Origin: Thermodesulfobacteriota bacterium | GTDB taxonomy: Bacteria > Desulfobacterota > Desulfobulbia > Desulfobulbales > SURF-16 | Length of the DNA: 64,000 nt | Direction of reading: 5' to 3' | NCBI GenBank assembly: GCA_049323935.1 | Contig: JBMONN010000009.1 | Location: forward strand, 11,216-75,215 | Shown here: one piece after another, positions 1 through 8,338 of the stretch | Layout of the letters: each line of letters begins with the position of its first letter | Position numbering within the stretch: position 1 is the first letter of the stretch | Notes under the pieces: generated by a model | Databases searched by the model: none | What the model was told of the DNA's origin: nothing | Seen by the model: the letters and a program-made list of their open reading frames with translations, nothing else | Translations under genes and position numbers: made by a program

Positions 1-459
1 CATGATATCGGCAAGGTGGCGATCAAGATGGAGCTTTCCGCCGAATATGCGGCGATCGGGCAGATCGTTCATGACAAGCAGATCAGCAGACTTGCCGCCG
101 AAAGCGAATTGCTCGGCCTCGATCATGCCGAAGTAGGCGGCTGGCTGGCCAAAAGCTGGAATCTGCCCCCGAAGCTGGTGGAACCCATTGCCTGTCATCA
201 CAATCCGAAGGATGCAAGGGACGAAAAGATTGCCACGGCAATTATTCATTTCAGCGATATTCTGATCCGCGGACTCGGCTATGGTCATGGTGACGATATC
301 TGGGTGCCGCCCTTGAGCAAGAGTGCCTGGGAGACGCTGAACCTCACGGCCCAGGATATCGATGAGATCATCGAAGAGGTAGAGGAAAAGCTGTGGGATG
401 TCAAAGGGTTCAGTCTGGAAATCCAGGCCGGAGCGGAAGGCGCTCCTGTTTCCTTATAA
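1..459 (+). CDS. HDOD domain signalling protein, C-terminal part (5' end outside window)
   Basis: Frame is open from base 1. Translation starts HDIGKV (HD motif), then LGLDHAEVGGWLAKSWNLP and ACHHNP, typical of HDOD domains. TAA stop at 457-459. Confidence 0.75.
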   Translation, partial: HDIGKVAIKMELSAEYAAIGQIVHDKQISRLAAESELLGLDHAEVGGWLAKSWNLPPKLVEPIACHHNPKDARDEKIATAIIHFSDILIRGLGYGHGDDIWVPPLSKSAWETLNLTAQDIDEIIEEVEEKLWDVKGFSLEIQAGAEGAPVSL

Positions 460-492
460 CAACGGGCAGGGGGAAATTACCCCGGAATCGAT

Positions 493-1431
493 ATGAAGCG
501 CATTCTCATTGTCGGCGACATCCTCGGCAGTTCCTCTGAGCATAAAATTCTCCTGGAGGCGAAGGGGTACCAGCCCCTCTTTACCAAAAAACTGCAATCC
601 GCCGTCTCGCTCATCCTGGAGGATCCGCCGGACATGCTCATCATGGAGGCTGGATTCGGCGACGAGCCGGACAGCATGGCGCTGCTCGGTGCGGTCAAGG
701 GCTGCCTGCAGAAGACCAACATCGCGGTTCTGCTGGTGGTGACGGAAAAGCATGTCGCCGTCGGTATCGACTGGCAGACCTATCAGGTCGATGATATTCT
801 GGTCCGCCCCTTTTCCCCGGAGCTGATGCTGGCCCGCATCGAACTCGCCGAGGCGCGGATGATCCGTGTCTTTGACAACAATCCGCTGACCAAGCTGCCG
901 GGTAATACCTCCATCCTCAAGGCCATCCAGCGTGCCATCGACGCTGACGAGAGTTACGGGGTCTGCTACATCGATATTGACAACTTCAAGCCTTACAACG
1001 ACCGCTATGGTTTTTCCCAGGGCGATGACGTCATCCTCATGGTGGCCCGCATCGCGGTCAACGTCATCGATGAGTTGGCCAGGGTCGGCAGCTTTGTCGG
1101 CCACGTCGGCGGCGACGATTTTGTCTTCATCGTCCGGGAGGAAAAGGTGAAACCGGTCTGTGAGCGGATTCTCGCCAATTTCGATGTGGTGCGCAACATG
1201 TTCATTCCGGCCGAGGATCTTCGGGCCGGCTGTTATGTGGAAAAGGACCGGCAGGGCCGGGAGACCATCTTCGGGTTGCTCAGTCTCTCCATCGCCGTGG
1301 TCATGACCGGCTCCCATGTCTACAGCCATTCCGGCGAGGTGGCCACCGCCGCCTCCGAAGTAAAGCATTTTGTCAAACAGAAGGAGGGCAGCAATTATAT
1401 GATCGACCGCCGTTCCCTGAAGAAAAAGTAG
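493..1431 (+). CDS. Degenerate receiver domain fused to GGDEF-type domain (GGDDF variant)
   Basis: N-terminal CheY-like fold with altered key residues (ILIVGD, LIMEAGF, VRPF). C-terminal NPLTKLPGN, DIDNFKPYNDRYG and HVGGDDFVFIV match a diguanylate-cyclase fold with GGDDF at the A-site and no RxxD I-site. Confidence 0.8.
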   Translation: MKRILIVGDILGSSSEHKILLEAKGYQPLFTKKLQSAVSLILEDPPDMLIMEAGFGDEPDSMALLGAVKGCLQKTNIAVLLVVTEKHVAVGIDWQTYQVDDILVRPFSPELMLARIELAEARMIRVFDNNPLTKLPGNTSILKAIQRAIDADESYGVCYIDIDNFKPYNDRYGFSQGDDVILMVARIAVNVIDELARVGSFVGHVGGDDFVFIVREEKVKPVCERILANFDVVRNMFIPAEDLRAGCYVEKDRQGRETIFGLLSLSIAVVMTGSHVYSHSGEVATAASEVKHFVKQKEGSNYMIDRRSLKKK

Positions 1432-1871
1432 TAACTGTCCGTTGGCCAGCCTTTTCTAAACTGTCGTTTCCGACTTTATCCCGGCCGGGATTTTCTCCTT
1501 TTCCTTTCAAGGTTTTTTCTCTTTTTTTTATGTACTTTTCGTTTCCCACTATAGGTACGAGAAAGACAACATCGCATTGATCTGAAAAAAAAGGCGCATA
1601 TGGCAGGATATGGTTGCCAAATGGGTCGAGTGGGGTATATATGCAAAAAAACTTTTATTGACAGGTCGTTTTATTTCGTATCATGTTTTCTCTTTTTGCA
1701 GGACTGGCCGCCAGCATCGGCGTCCTCCATGCACTTTTTCGTCACTGTGCCGATTGAGACATGAAATGACGACCACCTTTTAATGAAACATGAATCAGTG
1801 ATGTCATCGCTGCATTTCGCGTCTGCCGGCGCGGCAAGAATGGGATGACAAGCCCGCATGGGAGGAAAACG

Positions 1872-2348
1872 ATGAGCAGATCACTTGTTGAGATGGCCGC
1901 GGATATCGTTCAGTCACAATGCGCATCCGCAACCATGACCGCCGACGAAATCAAGGAGTCGTTGCAGCAGACCTTTTCCGTGTTGCAATCCCTGCAGAAG
2001 ATCGAATTGACCGCCGGCACAGAGCCGCCCGCCGAGGAAGGGAGAGAATCTTCCGATGTCGTTGCCGTGGCCCCGGAAAAATCGATCCAAAAAAACCGGA
2101 TCATTTGCCTGGAATGTGGCCAGTCCTTTACCCAGCTTTCTCCGAAACATTTGGCCAGCCACGGACTTTCCGGTCGTGACTACCGGAAAAAATACGGTTT
2201 TTCGCTCCGTCAACCCCTGTGCGCCCGGGCATTGACCGAGCGCCGTAAAAAGGCGGGCAAGGACCGTGGGGTGCCCGAGAATCTGTTGAAAGCAATTGCG
2301 GCCCGGAGGAAGAAAACGGGCGGCAAAGGCAAGGCGGCAAAGGAATAA
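1872..2348 (+). CDS. MucR/Ros family zinc-finger transcriptional regulator
   Basis: MSRSLVEMAADIVQSQ N-terminus, then IICLECGQSFTQLSPKHLASHGLSGRDYRKKYGF (Ros/MucR C2H2-like zinc module). GGAGG lies 6 nt upstream of ATG 1872. The track start at 1845 lacks an RBS. Confidence 0.8.
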   Translation: MSRSLVEMAADIVQSQCASATMTADEIKESLQQTFSVLQSLQKIELTAGTEPPAEEGRESSDVVAVAPEKSIQKNRIICLECGQSFTQLSPKHLASHGLSGRDYRKKYGFSLRQPLCARALTERRKKAGKDRGVPENLLKAIAARRKKTGGKGKAAKE

Positions 2349-2372
2349 TCGGCGGCGTGACAGGCAGCGGAC

Positions 2373-3167
2373 GTGATAGGCATCTTTGATTCAGGCGTCG
2401 GCGGCATGACAGTGGCCCGGGCCATTGAACAGCTGCTGCCGAAAAAAAATATCGTCTATTTCGGTGATTTGGCCCGCACTCCCTACGGCTCGAAAAGCCC
2501 GGAAACCATTCGCCGCTATTCGCGACAGAACACCGAGCTGCTGCTGGAAAAGGGTGCGAAAATTATTGTCATCGCATGCAATTCGGCGGCTAGCGTCGTC
2601 TCGGATTTGCTGGCAGCCGAATGCAGCGCCCCGGTGTTCGAGGTCATCACCCCGGCCATTGATCGGGCGGTTCGGTTGTCGAAAAGCGGGCGGATCGGCG
2701 TCATCGGCACCAGGGCGACGATCAAGAGCACCATCTACGAGACGAAGATCCGCCAGATCCGCCCCGATGCTGCGGTTTTTTCCCAGCCGTGCCCGCTGCT
2801 CGTTCCCCTGGTGGAAGAGGGATGGCTCGACAAGCGGGAAACGAAGATGATCATCCGGCGCTATCTTCATCCACTCAAGCATAAAGGGGTCGATACCCTG
2901 GTGCTCGGCTGTACCCACTATCCGTTGCTCAAGCATCTGATCGCCACCCGGATCGGCAACGGGGTTGATGTGATTGATTCATCCACCGCCGTGGCCTGGG
3001 TGGTCAAACAATACCTCATCGATCACCCGGAAATGGACAGACTGCTCGACGATGGCGGCCGGAGGCATTATTATGTCTCCGACGTCACCGAGGCCGCTCA
3101 GACAACGGCGGAGCGGATTTTCGGCAGAAAGGTGGAACTCGTGCAGGTGGACCTGGAGGGAAAATAA
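2373..3167 (+). CDS. murI: Glutamate racemase
   Basis: IGIFDSGVGGMTV, VIACNSAS and LGCTHYP motifs of MurI. GTG start. Confidence 0.9.
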   Translation: MIGIFDSGVGGMTVARAIEQLLPKKNIVYFGDLARTPYGSKSPETIRRYSRQNTELLLEKGAKIIVIACNSAASVVSDLLAAECSAPVFEVITPAIDRAVRLSKSGRIGVIGTRATIKSTIYETKIRQIRPDAAVFSQPCPLLVPLVEEGWLDKRETKMIIRRYLHPLKHKGVDTLVLGCTHYPLLKHLIATRIGNGVDVIDSSTAVAWVVKQYLIDHPEMDRLLDDGGRRHYYVSDVTEAAQTTAERIFGRKVELVQVDLEGK

Positions 3168-3170
3168 GGT

Positions 3171-3833
3171 ATGATACGAAACGTGCTGGTGGCGCAACTG
3201 TTGCTGCTCGTCCTGGCCATCCCCGGCGTCTGTGGCGAACTGGCCCTTACTCCGGCGGAGATTGCCAGCCGGATTCAGGAAAAATATGAAAAGACCCGGG
3301 CCTTTCGGGCCGATTTCCAGCAGACCTCGACGGTCGGCGGCATGCAGCACCGCCAGCGCCGCGGCCGCGGCACCATGGCCATCCAGAAACCCTCTTTTCT
3401 TCGGTGGGATTACTCCGAACCGGAGCAGCAGGTGCTGGTGAGTGATGGTAAGGAGTTTTTCCTCTACTTTGCCGCGGAACGACAGATGATCGTCACCCCG
3501 GCCAAGGAGTATCTCCAGGAGGATGTGACCTACAGCTTTTTTTCCGGCACCGGCAATCTGCTGCGGGATTTCGAGGTAACGGAACTGCCCGGATATCTGG
3601 CCGGGGAGGAAGGGGCCGCCATTGCCCTTCGACCGAAGAAACCGCATCCCCAGGTCGATGTCATGCATGTCTGGGTGGATGAAAACACCTATCTCATCAC
3701 CCGCCTGCAGGTCTTTGATCATCTGGGCAGCGTGACCGAGCTGGTCTTTACCAATCCGGTGGTTGATCAGCCCTACCCGGAGGAGTTTTTCCGCTTTACT
3801 CCGCCTGCTGAAACGGAAATCATCAGGCAGTAG
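3171..3833 (+). CDS. lolA: Outer-membrane lipoprotein carrier LolA-like protein
   Basis: Signal peptide, then FRADFQQ...G.MAIQKPSFLRWDYSEPEQQVLVSDGKEFFLY, the typical LolA pattern. Confidence 0.75.
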   Translation: MIRNVLVAQLLLLVLAIPGVCGELALTPAEIASRIQEKYEKTRAFRADFQQTSTVGGMQHRQRRGRGTMAIQKPSFLRWDYSEPEQQVLVSDGKEFFLYFAAERQMIVTPAKEYLQEDVTYSFFSGTGNLLRDFEVTELPGYLAGEEGAAIALRPKKPHPQVDVMHVWVDENTYLITRLQVFDHLGSVTELVFTNPVVDQPYPEEFFRFTPPAETEIIRQ

Positions 3834-3875
3834 AGCCGGCGTCCTGCCGATGGCCCACTCTGCTGCTGACGCTGC

Positions 3876-5684
3876 ATGATGCCTCCCAATCGTCCTTTTC
3901 ATGTCGAGCTGATCTCCATGCCGTGGGCCGCCTTTCATCGGCCCTCGGTCCAACTCGGGGCGCTGGCCGCTTTTCTGCGCAGCAAAGATGCAGGCGTGCA
4001 GGTGCGTTGCCGGCATCCCTCTCTGGGGCTGGCCCGTGATCTGGGTAAAGATCTCTATCACTCCATTTCTGCCAATGTCTGGGTCTGTGAGGCCCTCTAT
4101 GCTGCTCTCCTTTTTCCGGAGCAGCGTGAGCAGGCCCGTCGTTTGGCGGAACGGGAGTTCCGGGCCGGCGACTCCACCGTTTCCTGTGAGTTTGATCGGG
4201 TCTGCGCCCTGCTGGAGAAAAATATTGCCGAGTGGCTGGAAAAAACGGAGTGGGCGACTATCGATCTCGTCGGATTTTCCGTCTGCTTCAACCAGCTCTT
4301 TGCCACCCTGGCCACGGTCCGCGCCCTCAAAGAGATCCGGCCTGATCTGCCGGTGGTGCTCGGCGGCTCCGCCTGTCACGCCGGGGCGGCCCCGGCGTTT
4401 TTCCGTTTGTTCTCCGTAGATTACCTGATCAGCGGCGAAGGAGAGGAGCCGCTCTTTTCCCTGTGTCGCCATCTGGCCGGGCAATCGCATAAACTGCATG
4501 CCCGGGTGCATCATGCCGACCGTGGCGAGGCGACGACAGCGGGGAATGCTGACGATCAGCTCGACATGGCACTGCTGCCCCGGCCCGACTATGATGACTA
4601 TTTTCGCGAGATGGAGACCATTTTTCCTGGCCGACCATTTGTCCCGACCCTGCCGGTGGAGTTTTCCCGTGGCTGCTGGTGGCGGAAGTGCACCTTCTGT
4701 AATCTCAATCTCCAGTGGCACGGTTACCGCTGGAAAAAGGCGGAAAACATGGCGGCCGAGGTCGCAGCTCTGGCCGCGCGCCACCGGAGCCTCGATTTTG
4801 CCTTTACCGATAACGCCCTGCCGCCGGCTGAGGCACTCGCCTTCTTTGCCGCCATGGCGGCTTCAGGCCGGGATTATCGTTTTTTCGGGGAGATCCGCGC
4901 CGATTATCGCGGCGCCCGCCTGAGCCGGAGCCGCGCCGGCGGCCTGACCGCGGTGCAGGTCGGCATCGAGGCCTTCAGCAACTCCCTGCTGAGGCGATTT
5001 GCCAAGGGGGTGACGGTGATCGACAATCTGGCGATCATGCGTGATGCCGCGGCCTCCGGCGTGGTACTCGACGGCAACCTGATTGTCGAATTTCCAGGCA
5101 GCACTGGACAGGAGGTGGAAGAGACTCTGATGGTCCTCGATTTTGTCCTGCCCTTTCACCCCCTGACCACCGCCTCTTTTTTTCTCGGTCACGGCAGCCC
5201 GGTGGACTGCCGGGCCGCCGACCATGGCATTCTCGCCACCATGGTCCATCCCCGTTTTGCCGCCATGCTGCCCGCGGCCATTGCCAAAGCAATTCCTTTT
5301 CTCATCAAGGGCTATCGCGGTGACCGCGGCCAGCAGCGACGGCTGTGGAGGCCGGTGGTGGACAAGGTGCGCAACTGGCGACACTTTCATGAAAAACAGC
5401 GCCCGCGGGGCAATTCCCTGCTCTGCCGGCGCGATGGCGGTGATTTTCTCATCATCCGTCAGGTTCGGGATAACGGCGAGGTGCAGTATCATCGGCTGGC
5501 CGGGCTGTCGCGGCGCATCTATCACGCCTGCGACGAGATCGTCTCCCTGGCCGAGCTGGCCGCCCTCTTTCCGGCCCTGCCGGTGGATCGCATCGAGGGT
5601 TTTTTGCTTGATCTTGTAGAGAAACGTCTGGTGTTTCGGGACGGGGATCGTTTTCTCGCCCTGGCGGCCCGGGAAAGCGGGTGA
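3876..5684 (+). CDS. B12-binding-domain radical SAM enzyme, RiPP-maturase-like, with C-terminal winged-helix-like tail
   Basis: N-terminal B12-binding-like region (DLVGFSVCFNQL...PVVLGGSACH). Cys triad FSRGCWWRKCTFCNLN. C-terminal ~90 aa (LLCRRDGGDFLIIRQV...SLAELAALF...GFLLDLVEKRLV) resembles a PqqD/RRE-type module. Confidence 0.75.
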   Translation: MMPPNRPFHVELISMPWAAFHRPSVQLGALAAFLRSKDAGVQVRCRHPSLGLARDLGKDLYHSISANVWVCEALYAALLFPEQREQARRLAEREFRAGDSTVSCEFDRVCALLEKNIAEWLEKTEWATIDLVGFSVCFNQLFATLATVRALKEIRPDLPVVLGGSACHAGAAPAFFRLFSVDYLISGEGEEPLFSLCRHLAGQSHKLHARVHHADRGEATTAGNADDQLDMALLPRPDYDDYFREMETIFPGRPFVPTLPVEFSRGCWWRKCTFCNLNLQWHGYRWKKAENMAAEVAALAARHRSLDFAFTDNALPPAEALAFFAAMAASGRDYRFFGEIRADYRGARLSRSRAGGLTAVQVGIEAFSNSLLRRFAKGVTVIDNLAIMRDAAASGVVLDGNLIVEFPGSTGQEVEETLMVLDFVLPFHPLTTASFFLGHGSPVDCRAADHGILATMVHPRFAAMLPAAIAKAIPFLIKGYRGDRGQQRRLWRPVVDKVRNWRHFHEKQRPRGNSLLCRRDGGDFLIIRQVRDNGEVQYHRLAGLSRRIYHACDEIVSLAELAALFPALPVDRIEGFLLDLVEKRLVFRDGDRFLALAARESG

Positions 5685-5837
5685 TCATGATGGCCGGGGC
5701 GGTCGGGACAACGAGTGAAAAAATGATCGTCTCGTAAACACTCGCAAACCATGGCAGGCAGGAAAGTGAAAACAACGAATGACAAAACATGGCCTTTCGG
5801 AATCGTGGCCTTTTACGATTCCGTCAAAAAATGATGG

Positions 5838-5969
5838 AATCGTAAAAACTGAAAATTAACCACAGAGACCGCAGAGCACACAGATATAAGTAATTGTAAT
5901 TAAAGATATTTTCCCTGGTCCCTCTGTGCGCTCTGTGGTGAAAAAAGACTTTTTACGGGTTTGTCAAAA
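5838..5969. repeat. CACAGAG-hairpin MITE-like element, copy 1
   Basis: Inverted arms AACCACAGAGACCGCAGAGCACACAG (5858-5883) and CTCTGTGCGCTCTGTGGTG (5922-5940). Ends TCGTAAAA... and ...GACTTTTTACGGGTTTGTCAAAAA. Near-identical architecture at 8179-8308. Abuts the cobU ATG. Confidence 0.8.
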
Positions 5970-6503
5970 ATGAAATATCCTGTGAAAGAGACATTGCTGG
6001 TGGTCGGCGGCTGCCGCAGCGGCAAGAGCCGTTTTGCGGAACAGTGGGCAGTCGCACGCGGCGGTCGACGAACCTATGTCGCCACCATGGTGACGGGTGA
6101 TGACCCCGAACTGGCGGAGCGGGTGCGTCGGCACCGGCTGGAACGCGACCGGCAGTGGCGGATTGTCGAGGAATCGTCGAACATCGTTGCCGTGATCGGG
6201 GAAACGGCGCCTGATACCGATCTCTTTCTCATTGACTGCCTCACCCTGTGGCTGACCAATCTGCTTGTGCGCGGTGACAGTGACGAGGCCATTCTCGCCC
6301 AGATGGGGGAGCTGGCCGAGGCCATTCGTCACTGCCCGGCATCGGTGGTGCTGGTGGCCAACGAGGTGGGGCTCGGCATTGTCCCCGACGCGCCGTTGGC
6401 CCGACGTTTCCGTGACCTGGCCGGCTGGTGTAACCAGCGGATCGGCGCCTGCTGCGACAGGGTGGTTTTCATGGCAGCCGGGTTGCCGCTTTATCTGAAG
6501 TGA
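5970..6503 (+). CDS. cobU: Adenosylcobinamide kinase / adenosylcobinamide-phosphate guanylyltransferase
   Basis: P-loop GGCRSGKSRFAE, then YVATM...DPELAERVRRHR and LIDCLTLWLTN motifs of CobU/CobP. ATG 5970 preferred over TTG 5961, which lies inside the repeat. Confidence 0.85.
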   Translation: MKYPVKETLLVVGGCRSGKSRFAEQWAVARGGRRTYVATMVTGDDPELAERVRRHRLERDRQWRIVEESSNIVAVIGETAPDTDLFLIDCLTLWLTNLLVRGDSDEAILAQMGELAEAIRHCPASVVLVANEVGLGIVPDAPLARRFRDLAGWCNQRIGACCDRVVFMAAGLPLYLK

Positions 6504-6513
6504 GGAGGCAGGG

Positions 6514-7581
6514 ATGAACAGACATGGAGGCAATATTGTTGCTACCGCCCGTGAACTCGGCTGTCGGGTGACGGACCTCATTGATATGAGCAGTAACCTG
6601 ACCCCCCTGGGAATGGCGCCGGGGCTGCGGGAGACGCTGGAGCAGGGGCTCGACCAGATCGCCTATCTGCCGGAGACGGGGAGTGAAACCCTGCGCCGGC
6701 TCTTTGCCGCTGCCCATGGCCTGGCCGAGGATGAGGTGCTGGTCGGCAACGGCACCACCGAATTCATCTTTGACCTGCCCCGCCTCTTTGCCGGCGGTCG
6801 GGCGCTGATCGTCACGCCCACTTATGCCGATTATGCCCTGGCCTGCTCCTGGGCCGGGGTGGCGGCCCAGGAGTTCATGCTTGACCCGGACTCTGATTTT
6901 CAGCTGTCCCTGGAACGGCTGGCCGCGGAGCTGCGCGGCGGTGAGCTGGTTTTTCTCTGCAATCCGAACAACCCCACCGGCGGTCTTCTCGCCCATGACG
7001 CCCTGCGCAACTTTCTCAATCACCATTCGCGCACCTTTTTTCTGGTGGATGAATCCTACCTGCCGTTCACCCGGGAACCGTCGCTGCTTGCCGCTCCCTT
7101 GCCGGCCAATCTCTTTGTCCTCTTTTCTTCTTCAAAAATATATGGTATTCCAGGACTTCGGCTTGGTTTTCTCGCCGCCCGTCCGGCCAACCTGCGTCGC
7201 TTCGGCGAGCGCCGCCGGCCCTGGGGCGTCAACCGGCTGGCCCAACTGGCCGGAGAATATCTGCTGCGGCACGGTGAGAGATATGCCGACGAGGTGCGTA
7301 CCTTTATCACCACCGAGCGGCCTTGGTTTGTCGCTGAGCTGGCCAGTATCCCCGCGATTCGCATCGTGCCCGGCGCCGCCAATTTCATTCTCTGCCGGCT
7401 GACCGGCAGGATAGGGGCCGCCGAGCTGCGGGAGAGGATGCTGGCCAGCAGGATCATGATCCGCAATTGCGCCAATTTCAGCGGACTCGATGATTCCTAT
7501 TTCCGGGTTTCCCTGAAGAGCCGGCGGGAAAACGAGACCTTCCTGCGGGCGCTGGCCGCCATCCTGGCCACGGCCGAGTAA
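6514..7581 (+). CDS. cobD: Threonine-phosphate decarboxylase (class I/II aminotransferase fold)
   Basis: MNRHGGN start, GNGTTEFI, NPNNPTGG, and the PLP-lysine context SSSKIYGIPGLRLGF. Adjacent to cobU. Confidence 0.8.
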   Translation: MNRHGGNIVATARELGCRVTDLIDMSSNLTPLGMAPGLRETLEQGLDQIAYLPETGSETLRRLFAAAHGLAEDEVLVGNGTTEFIFDLPRLFAGGRALIVTPTYADYALACSWAGVAAQEFMLDPDSDFQLSLERLAAELRGGELVFLCNPNNPTGGLLAHDALRNFLNHHSRTFFLVDESYLPFTREPSLLAAPLPANLFVLFSSSKIYGIPGLRLGFLAARPANLRRFGERRRPWGVNRLAQLAGEYLLRHGERYADEVRTFITTERPWFVAELASIPAIRIVPGAANFILCRLTGRIGAAELRERMLASRIMIRNCANFSGLDDSYFRVSLKSRRENETFLRALAAILATAE

Positions 7582-7602
7582 AGCATAACAGACTAAAATA
7601 GT

Positions 7603-8133
7603 ATGAGAATCGCCATTCTATCCGATACCCACGACCAGGTCGGCAATCTACGGGCCGCGATCCGCTATTGCAACGCCTACAACGTCCAGTTGCTGATTCA
7701 CTGCGGTGATCTGATCTCGCCCTTCATGCTGGAGGAGCTGGCCGAGTTTGCCGGCGCCGTCCATCTGATCTACGGCAATAATGTCGGCGATCAGCATCTT
7801 ATCTCCCAGGCCTGCGGCACCCGGTTCCCGTCCATCAGCCATCACGGCGTGCTGGGGGCGGTGGAGGCGGCCGGGCTCAAGATTGCCTTTCACCACTATC
7901 CACAGGTGGCTCGCGGACTTGCCAGCCAGGGGCTGTTTGATGTCGTCTGCTGCGGCCACAATCACCGCTACGGGGTAGAGGAGATTGGCAGAACGCTGCT
8001 GATCAACCCCGGCGACATGCTTGGCAAGGAGAACCAACCCTGTTTCGCCATTTTTGACAGCCTGTCGCGCAGGGTGGAAAAGGTCGAGGTGGGGGTGAAG
8101 ATGGATCTGGGAAGAGCCGGCGACGGCGCGTGA
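7603..8133 (+). CDS. YfcE/MJ0936-family metallophosphoesterase
   Basis: MRIAILSDTHD, HCGDL, GNNVGD and CCGHNH metal-binding motifs. Confidence 0.8.
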   Translation: MRIAILSDTHDQVGNLRAAIRYCNAYNVQLLIHCGDLISPFMLEELAEFAGAVHLIYGNNVGDQHLISQACGTRFPSISHHGVLGAVEAAGLKIAFHHYPQVARGLASQGLFDVVCCGHNHRYGVEEIGRTLLINPGDMLGKENQPCFAIFDSLSRRVEKVEVGVKMDLGRAGDGA

Positions 8134-8178
8134 GTCTGTCGCCTTGCTGGGCAGACTGCCGGGACAAACCTGATGAGT

Positions 8179-8308
8179 TCGTAAAACTGTAAATCAACCA
8201 CAGAGGCCAGGGAGCACACAGGGATAACTGATTATAAATCGGGGATATTTTCTCTGTGTCCTCTCTGATCTCTGTGGTGAAAAAATGACTTTTGCGATTT
8301 CGTCAAAC
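8179..8308. repeat. CACAGAG-hairpin MITE-like element, copy 2
   Basis: TCGTAAAACTGTAAATCAACCACAGAGGCCAGGGAGCACACAG ... CTCTGTGTCCTCTCTGATCTCTGTGGTGAAAAAATGACTTTTGCGATTTCGTCAAAC. Collinear with copy 1. Lies 30 nt upstream of the S1-protein ATG. Confidence 0.8.
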
Positions 8309-8338
8309 CTGACACAGAGAAAATACAGGACAAACAGT

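Noticed and set aside
1598-1618. TGGCAG...GGTTGCC resembling a sigma-54 promoter upstream of the mucR-like gene (also TGGCACG at 19507-19513)
   Set aside because: GG-to-GC spacing is 14 nt (and 20 nt at 19507-19529) instead of 12, so the -24/-12 geometry is wrong.
2979-4784. 601-aa ORF on the minus strand opposite lolA and the radical-SAM gene
   Set aside because: Arg/Gly/Pro-rich low-complexity translation with no recognisable motif. The plus-strand genes have clear family signatures. This is a typical antisense ORF in GC-rich DNA.
5687-5834. Tiny ORFs downstream of the radical-SAM gene (16 aa MMAGAVGTTSEKMIVS at 5687; 27 aa MAGRKVKTTNDKTWPFGIVAFYDSVKK at 5751) as possible RiPP precursors
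   Set aside because: No Shine-Dalgarno sequence, very short, no leader-like or Cys/Ser/Thr-rich core pattern. They partly merge into the MITE region. I cannot support them as genes.
5961-5969. Alternative starts inside repeat elements (TTG 5961 for cobU, ATG 8285 for the S1 protein), plus long N-terminal extensions in the track (43522, 32700, 20755, 23436, 46477..47769, 30227..31192)
   Set aside because: The extensions overlap upstream genes or repeats and lack an RBS. Internal ATGs with an SD sequence and family-typical N-termini were preferred.
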